64,000 bases of DNA, taken from Polyangia bacterium (GTDB lineage: Bacteria; Myxococcota_A; Polyangia; JAAYKL01). The notes beneath the pieces were generated by a model, which saw only the letters and a list, made by a program, of their open reading frames with translations, was not told the DNA's origin and made no database searches. The number at the start of each line of letters is the position of its first letter. The stretch's first letter is position 1. The translations under genes and the position numbers were made by a program. Shown here piece by piece: positions 31,607 to 41,186 of this stretch. The stretch spans positions 1-64,000 of the forward strand of contig JBNKCR010000007.1 in assembly GCA_050287845.1 (NCBI GenBank). Direction: 5' to 3'.

Positions 31607-34600
31607 ATGAACATTAATTGTCCAGGGTGTAACTTCGAATACAAGCTTGATGAACGCAGAATTCCAGCCTCCGGGCAGAAAATGCGGTGCCCGAAATGCA
31701 GCGCGTCCTTTAAGGTGACCAAAGAAGGCATCATCGCTGATACTGCATCTGCCGAACCACTGAGGAAAGCCTCCACCGGTATGCCACCTGTACTCGGGAA
31801 TTCGAAGTTCAACCCCGGCAAAAGCGGCGACATTGACGACCCATTTGGCGATACCAGTCCAACCTCTGGCTCGAACAGCGACAGCTGGGGAGATACATTC
31901 GACGAGCGCCCGGACATCGGCTCCCCGACGGATCCGTTTGGCGACCCTTTTGCGTCGGCCCGAAAAGAAAAAGGCAACCGCCCCGGCAACCCAGCCGCTT
32001 CTGAACTGCCCAGACCGCTGTCCAGCACCGACCTGCCCCAAATCGCGATGCCATCTGAATTGCCCAGGCCCATATTCATTTCGAATTTGCCGTCACCTGC
32101 CGATCAGATTGACATTCCGGACCGCCCTGCTGCAGGGATTTCAGAACCCGGTGCCGCCGATCCCTTTGGCGACATCGGCATCCCCGACGGAAATGATCCA
32201 TTCGGTGAACTGGACAATATTTCCATCGGCCCCGAGACAACTCATTCTTCGGAAAATGAACCGGTTCATGAGGATGCAGACATCCACATGGACGATCCAT
32301 TCGGCGCCATGCCAATATCTCCGTCAGTCCCACCTTCCCGACCATCCGTCGGGGAACCGGCAGACGATGCCCCCTCGTTCGCCCCTTCAGCCATTCCATC
32401 CATTGAACCGGATGATTTTGATATTCCCTCGCCAGCGGACCTGACCAGTATTCCGCCGGAACCAATCGCCTCTGCCAGACATTCCGTCTCCGTGAGCACA
32501 GGAAGCAGTCTGGATGATTTTGGCAACATCGATTTGCAGGGGGACATTACCGACAGTATTCCACCGGGAGCACGTCTGTCCGCTAATCCGACAGCTGGAA
32601 CCACCGATTTTGGACAGTTGGATCCGGAATTCGGACAGCAGGATGAGTCGGGGGAATTCGACGCGTTTCCGGTTCAGGAAGAAAATGACAATAGGCTGGC
32701 TGCTGCACCCGTGTCAGATGATTTGGATTTGGTGGACGCCCCGATTCGAAGTTCCCTCAATGAGGACGCATTTGGCGGCTTACCACAATCCACCGTCGCC
32801 GGTGACCGAACCAAAGAAAAAGCCGAACAGAAAGGAGCCGGCGCATTTGAGGGACGTCGCAGGTATGAGCGGCAGAGCCGAAAAACCAAAATTATCCTCA
32901 TGCTTATATTACTGCTGATTGCCATTGTCGGGGGCTCACTGCATTTTACCCCCTACGGTGTGTTTGGCGTGAATGCGCTGGTCTCGCTGATGCCGGACGC
33001 CACTGCGGATGAGCGGGTGAAACGCATTTTCGCAAGTACTGTGAACGCCCTCGACAAAGATACCTTTTATGATGTCAACAGAAGCATCACGGAACTGACG
33101 CAAGCCAGAGCGGAACTGGACCAGAATGAGGACCTGCGGATTATCGGTGTATATGTTCACAGCTGGCATCAGCTTCGATTCGGCATTTCCGACGCACAGA
33201 ACGCCCACGAAAAGGCAGCTGTATCCCTGCTTGGAAACATTAAACTGGCGGAGTCGCAGTCGCCGTACGCCGGCATTGCAACTTATACCAGGCAGATTCT
33301 CTCGGACAAAAATGATGTGGTCATCAAAGCGCTCTCCTCAAAACCCAACTTGTCCTCCAATGAAGCAGCGCTTCTCGTTATGGCCCATCTGAAACAGAAC
33401 AATCCGCAGGGCGCACTGGACGCAGTCCGCAAAGGAATTCGCAAGCGGGTCACCCCGAGATTCGAGTATCTGAAATCTATGGCCCTGTGGCGATTGAAAA
33501 AAATGGCAGAGTGCACAAAGACACTCACGTCGCTCATAAATTCGGAGCCAAATCACTTTGATGCGCGACTCCTCCTGGCCGAACTGATGGTGCGGGAAAA
33601 AGAAAAGGATTCGCAGAAGGTGACGGAGTTGCTGACCCCCATCCATGAGTCCGACGAACACCACGCCAACAGCGCACAGAAAGCTTTCGTGCATGCCCTG
33701 ATGGGAAAGATGCTGCTGCAGCGCCGAAAGCTTGACGAAGCTAAAAATGAATTCACCAAAGCCCGATCGCTGAATCCCAAAGATACCCTTATGCTGAACG
33801 GCATTGGAACACTGGCACTGATGAGCGGCGACTTACCCGGCGCGGCCACATCGTTCAGAGCAGCGATGCGGGAGGATCCGGACAATACGGAAGCCACGCT
33901 GGGGGCGGCAGCCACGTTGATTCAGCAGGGGAACGATGAGGAAGCCAAAGCGCTGGTTTCTCCCATCCTTCAGAACGATCCGGAGAACCCGGTCGCCCAT
34001 TATCTGTCCGGTGTTCTGGCCCAGGGAATTGAACAGTACGAACCGGCGCTGTCGGAGTACAAAAAAGCCATCGAGCTGGATAATGAGTACATCGAAGCCT
34101 ACGTGGCCATGGCCACGGTATATATGGCTCTGAAGCAGAACAGGGAAGCCATGAAAACCCTGGACGACGCAGCGAAGGCAGTGCCTGGCTCCGCACTTAT
34201 CAAACTGACCCTGGCCGATAGTCACGCGGAGAACCAGGATTACGCGTCCGCTGTTGTCAATTTGAACGAAGCGCTGGAAATAGAGCCGGACAACCCGATT
34301 ATTCACTTCAAGATGGCACAGATGTACCGAAAAATGGAAGAACTTGAAGATGCGCAGAATGCCCTCGACGAGGTTGCCCGTATTGACCCGGCGTACCCGG
34401 GCCTGTCGGTGGAGCAGGGCTATCTGATGGAACTTTCAGGAAAAATTTCCGATGCGCTGCGGACTTATGAAGCCGCTCTCAAAAAGAACCCGGATGATCT
34501 GTCTGCCAAAACCCGCGTGGCAGCGGCATCGATTTATCAGGGGAATCTCGATCGGGCCAAGGAACTGCTGGTGGATGTGCTGAATGAAAACGCAGATTCT

Positions 34601-35284
34601 CCGGATGGTAACTTCTATATGGGAGAAATATTCAGACTGGAGCGCAGCGGTCCGGATGCGGTCCCCTATCTGAAGCGGGCGACAGAGCTTGATCCGGCCA
34701 ATCCACTGTATTTTGTGCGCTATGGTGCTGTGCTCTTCATGATTCACGATATGGGCAAAGCGGTGCAACAGTTCGAAAAAGCCATGGCGCTCGATCCGAA
34801 TATGGCGGAAACCTATATTCGAATCGGCGAGCTGAAACTGCGTTCCGGCTCCATCAAGGCAGCCATAGAGCAATTCACCAGGGCACTGGAACTGAATCCG
34901 GAAATTGAAAACGCCAATATCTTTATCGGACAGGCGTACGAAGAAATGGCGGATCTGAAATCCGCGTCCACGTATTACCAGAAGGAAACAAAGCAGTTTC
35001 CGAATAATCCGGAGGGATACTATCGCCTTGGCAAAGTATTTCTTCAGACCAAAGGAAATCAGAGCGGCATCGCACCGTTGAGGACGGCGATTCGATTGGC
35101 CGAAGCCCGGAATCCCGCCCCCTATTGGTTGCCGGATGCACTGTACTACCTTGGAATTTCTCAAAAATCCACCAACGACCGTTCCGGCGCCATCGCTTCG
35201 TTCAGGAAATATTTGGAAATTGCGCCGGAAGATGCTATCGACCGCGCAGAGGTTAAGGCGTCACTCGATAGCTTGCTGTACTGA
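31607..35284 (+). CDS. MJ0042-type zinc-ribbon / acidic linker / TM / TPR-repeat protein
   Basis: CPGC...MRCPKC zinc ribbon at the N-terminus, long acidic Pro-rich linker, one TM, many TPRs; start ATG 31607 (AAGGGAG RBS). Confidence 0.88.
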   Translation: MNINCPGCNFEYKLDERRIPASGQKMRCPKCSASFKVTKEGIIADTASAEPLRKASTGMPPVLGNSKFNPGKSGDIDDPFGDTSPTSGSNSDSWGDTFDERPDIGSPTDPFGDPFASARKEKGNRPGNPAASELPRPLSSTDLPQIAMPSELPRPIFISNLPSPADQIDIPDRPAAGISEPGAADPFGDIGIPDGNDPFGELDNISIGPETTHSSENEPVHEDADIHMDDPFGAMPISPSVPPSRPSVGEPADDAPSFAPSAIPSIEPDDFDIPSPADLTSIPPEPIASARHSVSVSTGSSLDDFGNIDLQGDITDSIPPGARLSANPTAGTTDFGQLDPEFGQQDESGEFDAFPVQEENDNRLAAAPVSDDLDLVDAPIRSSLNEDAFGGLPQSTVAGDRTKEKAEQKGAGAFEGRRRYERQSRKTKIILMLILLLIAIVGGSLHFTPYGVFGVNALVSLMPDATADERVKRIFASTVNALDKDTFYDVNRSITELTQARAELDQNEDLRIIGVYVHSWHQLRFGISDAQNAHEKAAVSLLGNIKLAESQSPYAGIATYTRQILSDKNDVVIKALSSKPNLSSNEAALLVMAHLKQNNPQGALDAVRKGIRKRVTPRFEYLKSMALWRLKKMAECTKTLTSLINSEPNHFDARLLLAELMVREKEKDSQKVTELLTPIHESDEHHANSAQKAFVHALMGKMLLQRRKLDEAKNEFTKARSLNPKDTLMLNGIGTLALMSGDLPGAATSFRAAMREDPDNTEATLGAAATLIQQGNDEEAKALVSPILQNDPENPVAHYLSGVLAQGIEQYEPALSEYKKAIELDNEYIEAYVAMATVYMALKQNREAMKTLDDAAKAVPGSALIKLTLADSHAENQDYASAVVNLNEALEIEPDNPIIHFKMAQMYRKMEELEDAQNALDEVARIDPAYPGLSVEQGYLMELSGKISDALRTYEAALKKNPDDLSAKTRVAAASIYQGNLDRAKELLVDVLNENADSPDGNFYMGEIFRLERSGPDAVPYLKRATELDPANPLYFVRYGAVLFMIHDMGKAVQQFEKAMALDPNMAETYIRIGELKLRSGSIKAAIEQFTRALELNPEIENANIFIGQAYEEMADLKSASTYYQKETKQFPNNPEGYYRLGKVFLQTKGNQSGIAPLRTAIRLAEARNPAPYWLPDALYYLGISQKSTNDRSGAIASFRKYLEIAPEDAIDRAEVKASLDSLLY

Positions 35285-35330
35285 CGCATCGTATTTTTTT
35301 CGACAAATCGAAAATTATAAGGAAGCTGAC

Positions 35331-36095
35331 ATGAATACGGAAATGAAACTTCACCTTGCCCGATATATGAAGTATCTGGATGAAGAAAAAAATGTGCTGG
35401 TTGTCATCGGCAACCTGGAAGAAATCCTTATCAGTCAGCATCTGTATGAACAGCATCATGGTATCTCATCGGACAATAGCGACACCCTGAACCGATTGCT
35501 CAATGCCTGCGCACTGGCTGCCGCCAGTCTCTCTGAAAAAGAATCATGGGGCTGGACACTGACCCTCCCCGGTTCCGCCAACGGCTATTTTGTAGGTGTC
35601 GAACCGGAAGGCATGATTTGCGCGCGGACGAAATCCGCCGATTCGAGAATGGCCAAAGCGTACCTCCAGCGCCAGACCCGAAAGGGGCCACTGATGCAGA
35701 GTCATTTCGAACCGGCGACCGATTGTCCGGTAAAAACGATTACCCAGTACTTCAACGAAGTGGTTCAGACAGAAACCCGGATGGTTGTCAGCGACAGAAC
35801 CGGCATCCTGGTGCAGGCATTGCCCGATTCCCGATTTTCATCGTTGAAGGCACTGACTGACGACCAGGTGCACGATATGTACGTGGAGATGCAGCAAAAA
35901 GAAGAACTGAAGACCATGGAAGAGTATCTGGTTTTTTATGAGTGCCGCTGTGATGAGGAGATGATCTACAAAATGGTGGAGAATCTGCCCGACCACCAGA
36001 AAGACACCCTTTTTGAGGATCATCTCGTGATTGAGATTCAATGCCCCAGATGCGGCAGGCAATATACGGCGAGCAGGAACAATCGTCCCAACTGA
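35331..36095 (+). CDS. hslO: Hsp33 (HslO) family redox chaperone, divergent
   Basis: C-terminal ECRC...IEIQCPRCGRQY zinc motif; YFNEVVQTET and GILVQALP match Hsp33 blocks; AAGGA RBS. Confidence 0.72.
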   Translation: MNTEMKLHLARYMKYLDEEKNVLVVIGNLEEILISQHLYEQHHGISSDNSDTLNRLLNACALAAASLSEKESWGWTLTLPGSANGYFVGVEPEGMICARTKSADSRMAKAYLQRQTRKGPLMQSHFEPATDCPVKTITQYFNEVVQTETRMVVSDRTGILVQALPDSRFSSLKALTDDQVHDMYVEMQQKEELKTMEEYLVFYECRCDEEMIYKMVENLPDHQKDTLFEDHLVIEIQCPRCGRQYTASRNNRPN

Positions 36096-36118
36096 CCCAG
36101 CGGAACTGAAGGTGTCCA

Positions 36119-36964
36119 GTGCGAATCATGGAACACAACATCATACTTCATCCGGATTCAGACCGAACCCGCCCGTCTTCCTGCCTCCAGCCCTCAGACG
36201 CTGTTTTCAGAATTGCCCTTGCTGGCATTGGCGTGTGCATCGCCCTGATGGCTTCCCGCGTGAATGGAGCCGATACGCCCTCACCCATGGCGCAGGCCTT
36301 CCGAAGCGGTACCGGAAACGCCATTGATGTGACGCTGGAAACCGAGGAGAAAAACGGTACAACCGTTATGCGGGCAGCCGGTCTGACTCGGGAATGCTAT
36401 CTGTGTACCCATCAGATGCGACTGGCTTCGGCCCGGGATTTCGGTGTGACGGTGTTTGCGCATCTTCAGTCCACCGAAGCGGCAAAACTGCAGCTGAGCG
36501 GTTTTGCCGATACCCGCGTCACCTGGATAGATGGCATCGCTGTACCGGGCCATCTGTTGGAACTCCAGGTGATTCCCGGCCCCCACCTGGTGACGGTACA
36601 CCAGAATGGTGAGACTGGTATACTGAAACTGAACCTCGCAGCCGACGGCAGACAGACCCTGTCTCCAACGGATTTTCAATTCCCCCATTTCAGGTCCGGA
36701 CTGCGGAATGCGGGAATTCTGCTGGCAACCCTGGGCGTCATTGCCGCTGCATCGGGCGGCGTTTTATTATATTACGACGGTGGATGCGCAGCGAGCGTTT
36801 CGGCAGATGGGGAATGCAGTCCAACCCATGAGACCCTTGCGCCGGGAATTGTATTTTCCTCACTGGGCGCCGCCATGGTTGGCGTGGGGATTACCATGCT
36901 GATAAAGCGAAGCCGGCTGAAAAAAGAGGCGAAAAGGCAATTCACGGGGGGGCTGGCGAAATGA
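36119..36964 (+). CDS. Hypothetical membrane protein with PEGA-like domain
   Basis: RVTWIDG...LQVIPGPHLVTV (PEGA-like); two C-terminal hydrophobic Gly-rich helices. Confidence 0.55.
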   Translation: MRIMEHNIILHPDSDRTRPSSCLQPSDAVFRIALAGIGVCIALMASRVNGADTPSPMAQAFRSGTGNAIDVTLETEEKNGTTVMRAAGLTRECYLCTHQMRLASARDFGVTVFAHLQSTEAAKLQLSGFADTRVTWIDGIAVPGHLLELQVIPGPHLVTVHQNGETGILKLNLAADGRQTLSPTDFQFPHFRSGLRNAGILLATLGVIAAASGGVLLYYDGGCAASVSADGECSPTHETLAPGIVFSSLGAAMVGVGITMLIKRSRLKKEAKRQFTGGLAK

Positions 36965-38295
36965 CCCCTCCACTTTCACGATTCCTCCTGCAAGTGACTC
37001 TGATTCTTTTACTGGTGGAGATGTCCGTCACGGCCTTCGCCGGTCTACCCCCGCTGGTGATTGTAGCCCATGATCAACGGATTTCGAATGACACGCTCCG
37101 GACTGTTGAGAAGCGCATGTCTTCGATGTATCCGGAGATACCGCTGTATAAATTTCCGAACAATATTGTTTTCAGGAACGTGTCCGAAGAAACCCTCACC
37201 CAGTTCCGTCATTCCCTCAAAGTCGCGAAAGATTTATTTTATGACGGCGAATTCGATGCTTCCCTGAAGGCGCTGACACTCCTGCATGATCAGCTTGGGG
37301 GACACATGCCATCGACCACGTTCTCGCATACGTTGAGAGAACTGGACCGGGATACACTGCTCTATGCCGCCATGGCCGAAAGGGAACTGAATACCGGAGG
37401 CATTTATACCGAACACCTGAATACCGCTGCGGCCCGCTATGGATCAATCACTTTCAACAGCGGCGAGTTTCCTCCGTGGCTTCGCGCCGAATACCAGTTT
37501 GCCATTGAAAAGCACGCACCGAGGGAATATCGGGTTCAAGTGCCGACCGATAGTGGATGTCAGACCGAAATCGACGGTAAGGCAGCACCAGAGACAGACA
37601 ACAATGGTCGCGTGCCGATTCCCGCCGGTATGCACACCTTTCAGCTTCGCTGCCAATCCGGCCATCGAAGCTTCATGTCCTGGCTGGAAGTGGAGGCACA
37701 ATTGACGGAGTGGCATCCTGTGGATGTGGAGGGATACCATATCCGTACGACAGACCATTCCATTGTGCTGACGCCGGAGACCACTTTTCAAACGGAACCG
37801 GGACAGCTGGAAACCACCCTGCGTGAGATAATGCCGGTTCTGAACACAGATAAACTGCTGCTGCTGCAATTGGATACACCGGAAAACACCATCGGGCTGC
37901 TGGATGTGCACCGTGGCGTTCAATCCCGAATTTCTGCCGGCAGTGGTGTGTTGAATGACCGGCAAATCGGTTTTATTCTGGACAAGCTGCTGAATCGCTC
38001 CGATTCCACTCAGCCATCCGACGCGACGGGGATCACATCTCCTGTACGGCGTCGTTCCTGGATAAAACGGCCGATTCCGTGGATTCTGATTTCCAGCGGA
38101 GTCGCCCTGTTGACCACAGGACTGATTCTCGGTCAGAAATACGGCCGTCCCTCCCCCCAGGTCCCATGGGTGACCGCCATGCAAATCTCCGGTGCTGCCC
38201 TCACCGGGCTGGGCATCGGATTTTTCTTTGTGCCGGACTGGGAGATATCGAGAAGCGGGCACGCCCTCGGAATTCATGGGGCAGTATCGTTTTAA
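36961..38295 (+). CDS. Hypothetical exported/membrane protein
   Basis: Signal peptide, PEGA-like segment (EIDG...IPAGMHTF), C-terminal hydrophobic hairpin; ATGA overlap with the upstream gene. Confidence 0.65.
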   Translation: MTPPLSRFLLQVTLILLLVEMSVTAFAGLPPLVIVAHDQRISNDTLRTVEKRMSSMYPEIPLYKFPNNIVFRNVSEETLTQFRHSLKVAKDLFYDGEFDASLKALTLLHDQLGGHMPSTTFSHTLRELDRDTLLYAAMAERELNTGGIYTEHLNTAAARYGSITFNSGEFPPWLRAEYQFAIEKHAPREYRVQVPTDSGCQTEIDGKAAPETDNNGRVPIPAGMHTFQLRCQSGHRSFMSWLEVEAQLTEWHPVDVEGYHIRTTDHSIVLTPETTFQTEPGQLETTLREIMPVLNTDKLLLLQLDTPENTIGLLDVHRGVQSRISAGSGVLNDRQIGFILDKLLNRSDSTQPSDATGITSPVRRRSWIKRPIPWILISSGVALLTTGLILGQKYGRPSPQVPWVTAMQISGAALTGLGIGFFFVPDWEISRSGHALGIHGAVSF

Positions 38296-38480
38296 CCCCA
38301 CGCAATGATTCGGCCTTGCGGCATTCAGTTGGCCGTTGAATATTCATGGAATAATAATAGAATACATTGATTGTTCACCCGGGGATCAGTACGATGGCGT
38401 CGGCGCTGGTCACCAGTCCGGGGATATTGGGGGAAGAAAGTTGCCCGGTAAACAGGAATTAAAGGTTTTACAGGACCCGA

Positions 38481-39401
38481 ATGAAAAATATGACACAATA
38501 CCTCACTGCGTGTCTGATGATCGCTTCACTGGCAGCTGCCTGCGAAGTCACCAGAAGCGAAAATAACGCCGCGAAAGGTGGCGAAACAACCGATACCGGC
38601 GAAGTTGAACAGCTCGACGATTCGCTGGTAAATCTGTTTGGTTCATTGGAAAAGCAAGCCATCGAAGCGCTCGATGCGGAAGAGCTGGTGCGCGCCCGGC
38701 AACTGACGGAAAAGGGGCTGCACAGAACCCAGAAAGCGGGACGGAAGTACGAGTTATACGAAGCCCGGTTTTCTCTGCTCAAAGGTAAGTTGGAGCAAAT
38801 CAAGGGAAGTACCGGTGAGGCCCGACGTTTCTTCGGTGATGCGATGGCGGTTTTTCGGATTCGAAAAAATATCCCGGGGACGTTCGAAGTGCGGTTGGCC
38901 CAGGCGACGCTCGAAGAAGCCGGTGGCGATTTCGCCGCTGCCCAGCGGGAACTGGACGAAGCTGAAAAACTGCTTTCACAGATTGAATCCGCCAATCTGA
39001 AAGTGGAATTCACATTCAAGCAGGCCGAACTGTTTGCCAGTCAGATGAAACAAAAGGAAGCGGCCCGTCTGTTTCTCGACGCCGCCGAACAGTTTCACGC
39101 CAACAAGAACGCGTCCAGGGAGGCCGATGCGTATGTGGCGCTGGCAACATGCGAAGAAGCCCTTGAAAAGCCACAGGAATCTAAAAAAAGTCTGAACAAG
39201 GCATACAAAATATACCTGGCGGCCAAAGATAAGGAAGGCGCCGTGAAGGCATTGCACCGACTGGCGCAGTTTTCGGTGCGCGAAGAAAAATACAAAACCG
39301 CCAGAGAGCAATTCAAGCAGGTGGAAGCCCTCTATCTGCAACTGGGCAGGCAAAGCGACGCCACCAAGGTGAACCAACATATCGCTGCGTTACCGGAATA
39401 G
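38481..39401 (+). CDS. TPR-like helical lipoprotein
   Basis: Lipobox AAAC; Ala-rich helical repeats. Confidence 0.75.
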   Translation: MKNMTQYLTACLMIASLAAACEVTRSENNAAKGGETTDTGEVEQLDDSLVNLFGSLEKQAIEALDAEELVRARQLTEKGLHRTQKAGRKYELYEARFSLLKGKLEQIKGSTGEARRFFGDAMAVFRIRKNIPGTFEVRLAQATLEEAGGDFAAAQRELDEAEKLLSQIESANLKVEFTFKQAELFASQMKQKEAARLFLDAAEQFHANKNASREADAYVALATCEEALEKPQESKKSLNKAYKIYLAAKDKEGAVKALHRLAQFSVREEKYKTAREQFKQVEALYLQLGRQSDATKVNQHIAALPE

Positions 39402-39407
39402 ACCGTT

Positions 39408-41186
39408 TTGAAGCATTATTTTCTAACCCTGCTCTCAGCCATCGTTCTGTTTCTCGGAACCGTCGGCGCCACCATGGCCCGGACAGCCACCATCTCCACC
39501 TCTGAAATCAAACCCGGCATGAAAGGATACGGTCTCACGGTATTCAAAGGCACTATGCCGGAACGCTTTGATGTTGAAGTGGTGGACGTGGTGCCCAATT
39601 TCATGTTGCGCCAGAACATCATTCTCATCCGATGCAGTCACCCGGTTACCGACCAGGCGGGCGTCATTGGCGGCATGAGTGGTTCCCCCATTTACATCAA
39701 CGGAAAACTGGCCGGAGCGCTGGCGTATGGCTGGCGGTTCACCAAAGAAGCCCTGGCGGGTGTCACTCCCATTGAAAATATGTACGGCATTACCCGGCGT
39801 AAACAGCGGGGCGCCACCGTTCAGAATCCATTCCGCAGACTGGCATTGTTCAAAAACACGATTGAATATGCGACAAAGCAGTTCGAAGACACTTTTTTCA
39901 ATCGGCTGCAACACGACAATCGAAGCAATTTTGTCCCGGCCCGTACGCCCCTGTCCCTTTCGGGGTTCAATGGGGAATCGTGGCGGATGATTGAAGACGC
40001 CCTGAGCGCATTCGGGATGGAACCCATGCAGGGAGGAGGCGCAGGCAGCGAGAACGACGGTCCCGAAACCTTTGTGGAAGGGGGAGCCATTGGCGTCCAG
40101 ATGATTCGGGGAGATCTTTCGGCCACGGGCATCGGTACGGTCACCACCACATACAATGGTCAGGTGCTGGCGTTCGGCCACCCCATGTTCAACATGGGTG
40201 AAAGCTATCTGCCAGTAACGTCTGCCAGAATTCATACGGTGATCCCGTCTCTGGCCCGCTCCAACAAATTGGGCTCTCCGCTTCGGGAACTGGGCACCCT
40301 GGTACAGGACCGCATTTCCGGCATTTCGGCCCGAACCGACCTGCGCGCGGACATGATTCCGGTGAAGTTTCGAATCTCCGATAAACGGAGCGGAGTGCAG
40401 GAAACCTACAATATCCGCGTGGCCCAACGGGAGTGGCTCACCGCCCGACTGCTGCACTCGGCCATGGTGCAGTTTGTACAAACCGCCTGCTCGGATGTCA
40501 CGGATGTGTCCGCCGGCATTGATGCCAGAATTAAAGTGGCCGGTCGCCCGGTGCTGCACATTACCGATTCCGGGGTCACCCGAAAAGGACTGCAGGCGCT
40601 CATCGGCCGGTTCAGACCGGCGCAGGTAATCAACGCCATCCTGGGCAACGGGTTTGAAGATACCCGAATAGAATCGCTGGAGTTCGATGTAACCCTCGAA
40701 TATGGGTTGTCCTTTTCATATGTGCAGGGGATGTATCTCACGGCAGAGAACCCGTTGCCCGGCGAAATCGTGAACCTGCACATTCGCCTGGTGGACTACG
40801 GTGGCGAAGAACGAATCGTGGCGGTGCCGGTGGAGATTCCGCCGGATGCCACAAATCAGAAAATCAAAATCACTGCGGGGGGCGGCAGCGATATAGAACC
40901 TCCCCAGACGGTGCCGGAGAGTCTAGACGACCTGCTTGCCAATATTCAGCGTCTGTACCCGGTCAATGCGCTGATTGTGACTCTGGAGACCCCGGGCGAA
41001 AGCCTGAGCGTGCGGGGGCAGCTGCTCGAAGACTTACCGGCTTCCGCAGCGGCGGCACTTACCCCCCACTTGGGCGACGATACAACGCAGCACTATCGCA
41101 CCCGTAAAACATATATTATTCCCCAGGACACCATGGCCTCCGGGAAACATTCGATTCAGATAGAAACAGGAAGGCGGACCCAATGA
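39408..41186 (+). CDS. SpoIVB peptidase S55 domain protein
   Basis: KPGMKGYGLTVFKG, GVIGGMSGSPIYINGKLAGALAYG (catalytic Ser), GTVT, LAFGHP. Confidence 0.88.
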   Translation: MKHYFLTLLSAIVLFLGTVGATMARTATISTSEIKPGMKGYGLTVFKGTMPERFDVEVVDVVPNFMLRQNIILIRCSHPVTDQAGVIGGMSGSPIYINGKLAGALAYGWRFTKEALAGVTPIENMYGITRRKQRGATVQNPFRRLALFKNTIEYATKQFEDTFFNRLQHDNRSNFVPARTPLSLSGFNGESWRMIEDALSAFGMEPMQGGGAGSENDGPETFVEGGAIGVQMIRGDLSATGIGTVTTTYNGQVLAFGHPMFNMGESYLPVTSARIHTVIPSLARSNKLGSPLRELGTLVQDRISGISARTDLRADMIPVKFRISDKRSGVQETYNIRVAQREWLTARLLHSAMVQFVQTACSDVTDVSAGIDARIKVAGRPVLHITDSGVTRKGLQALIGRFRPAQVINAILGNGFEDTRIESLEFDVTLEYGLSFSYVQGMYLTAENPLPGEIVNLHIRLVDYGGEERIVAVPVEIPPDATNQKIKITAGGGSDIEPPQTVPESLDDLLANIQRLYPVNALIVTLETPGESLSVRGQLLEDLPASAAAALTPHLGDDTTQHYRTRKTYIIPQDTMASGKHSIQIETGRRTQ

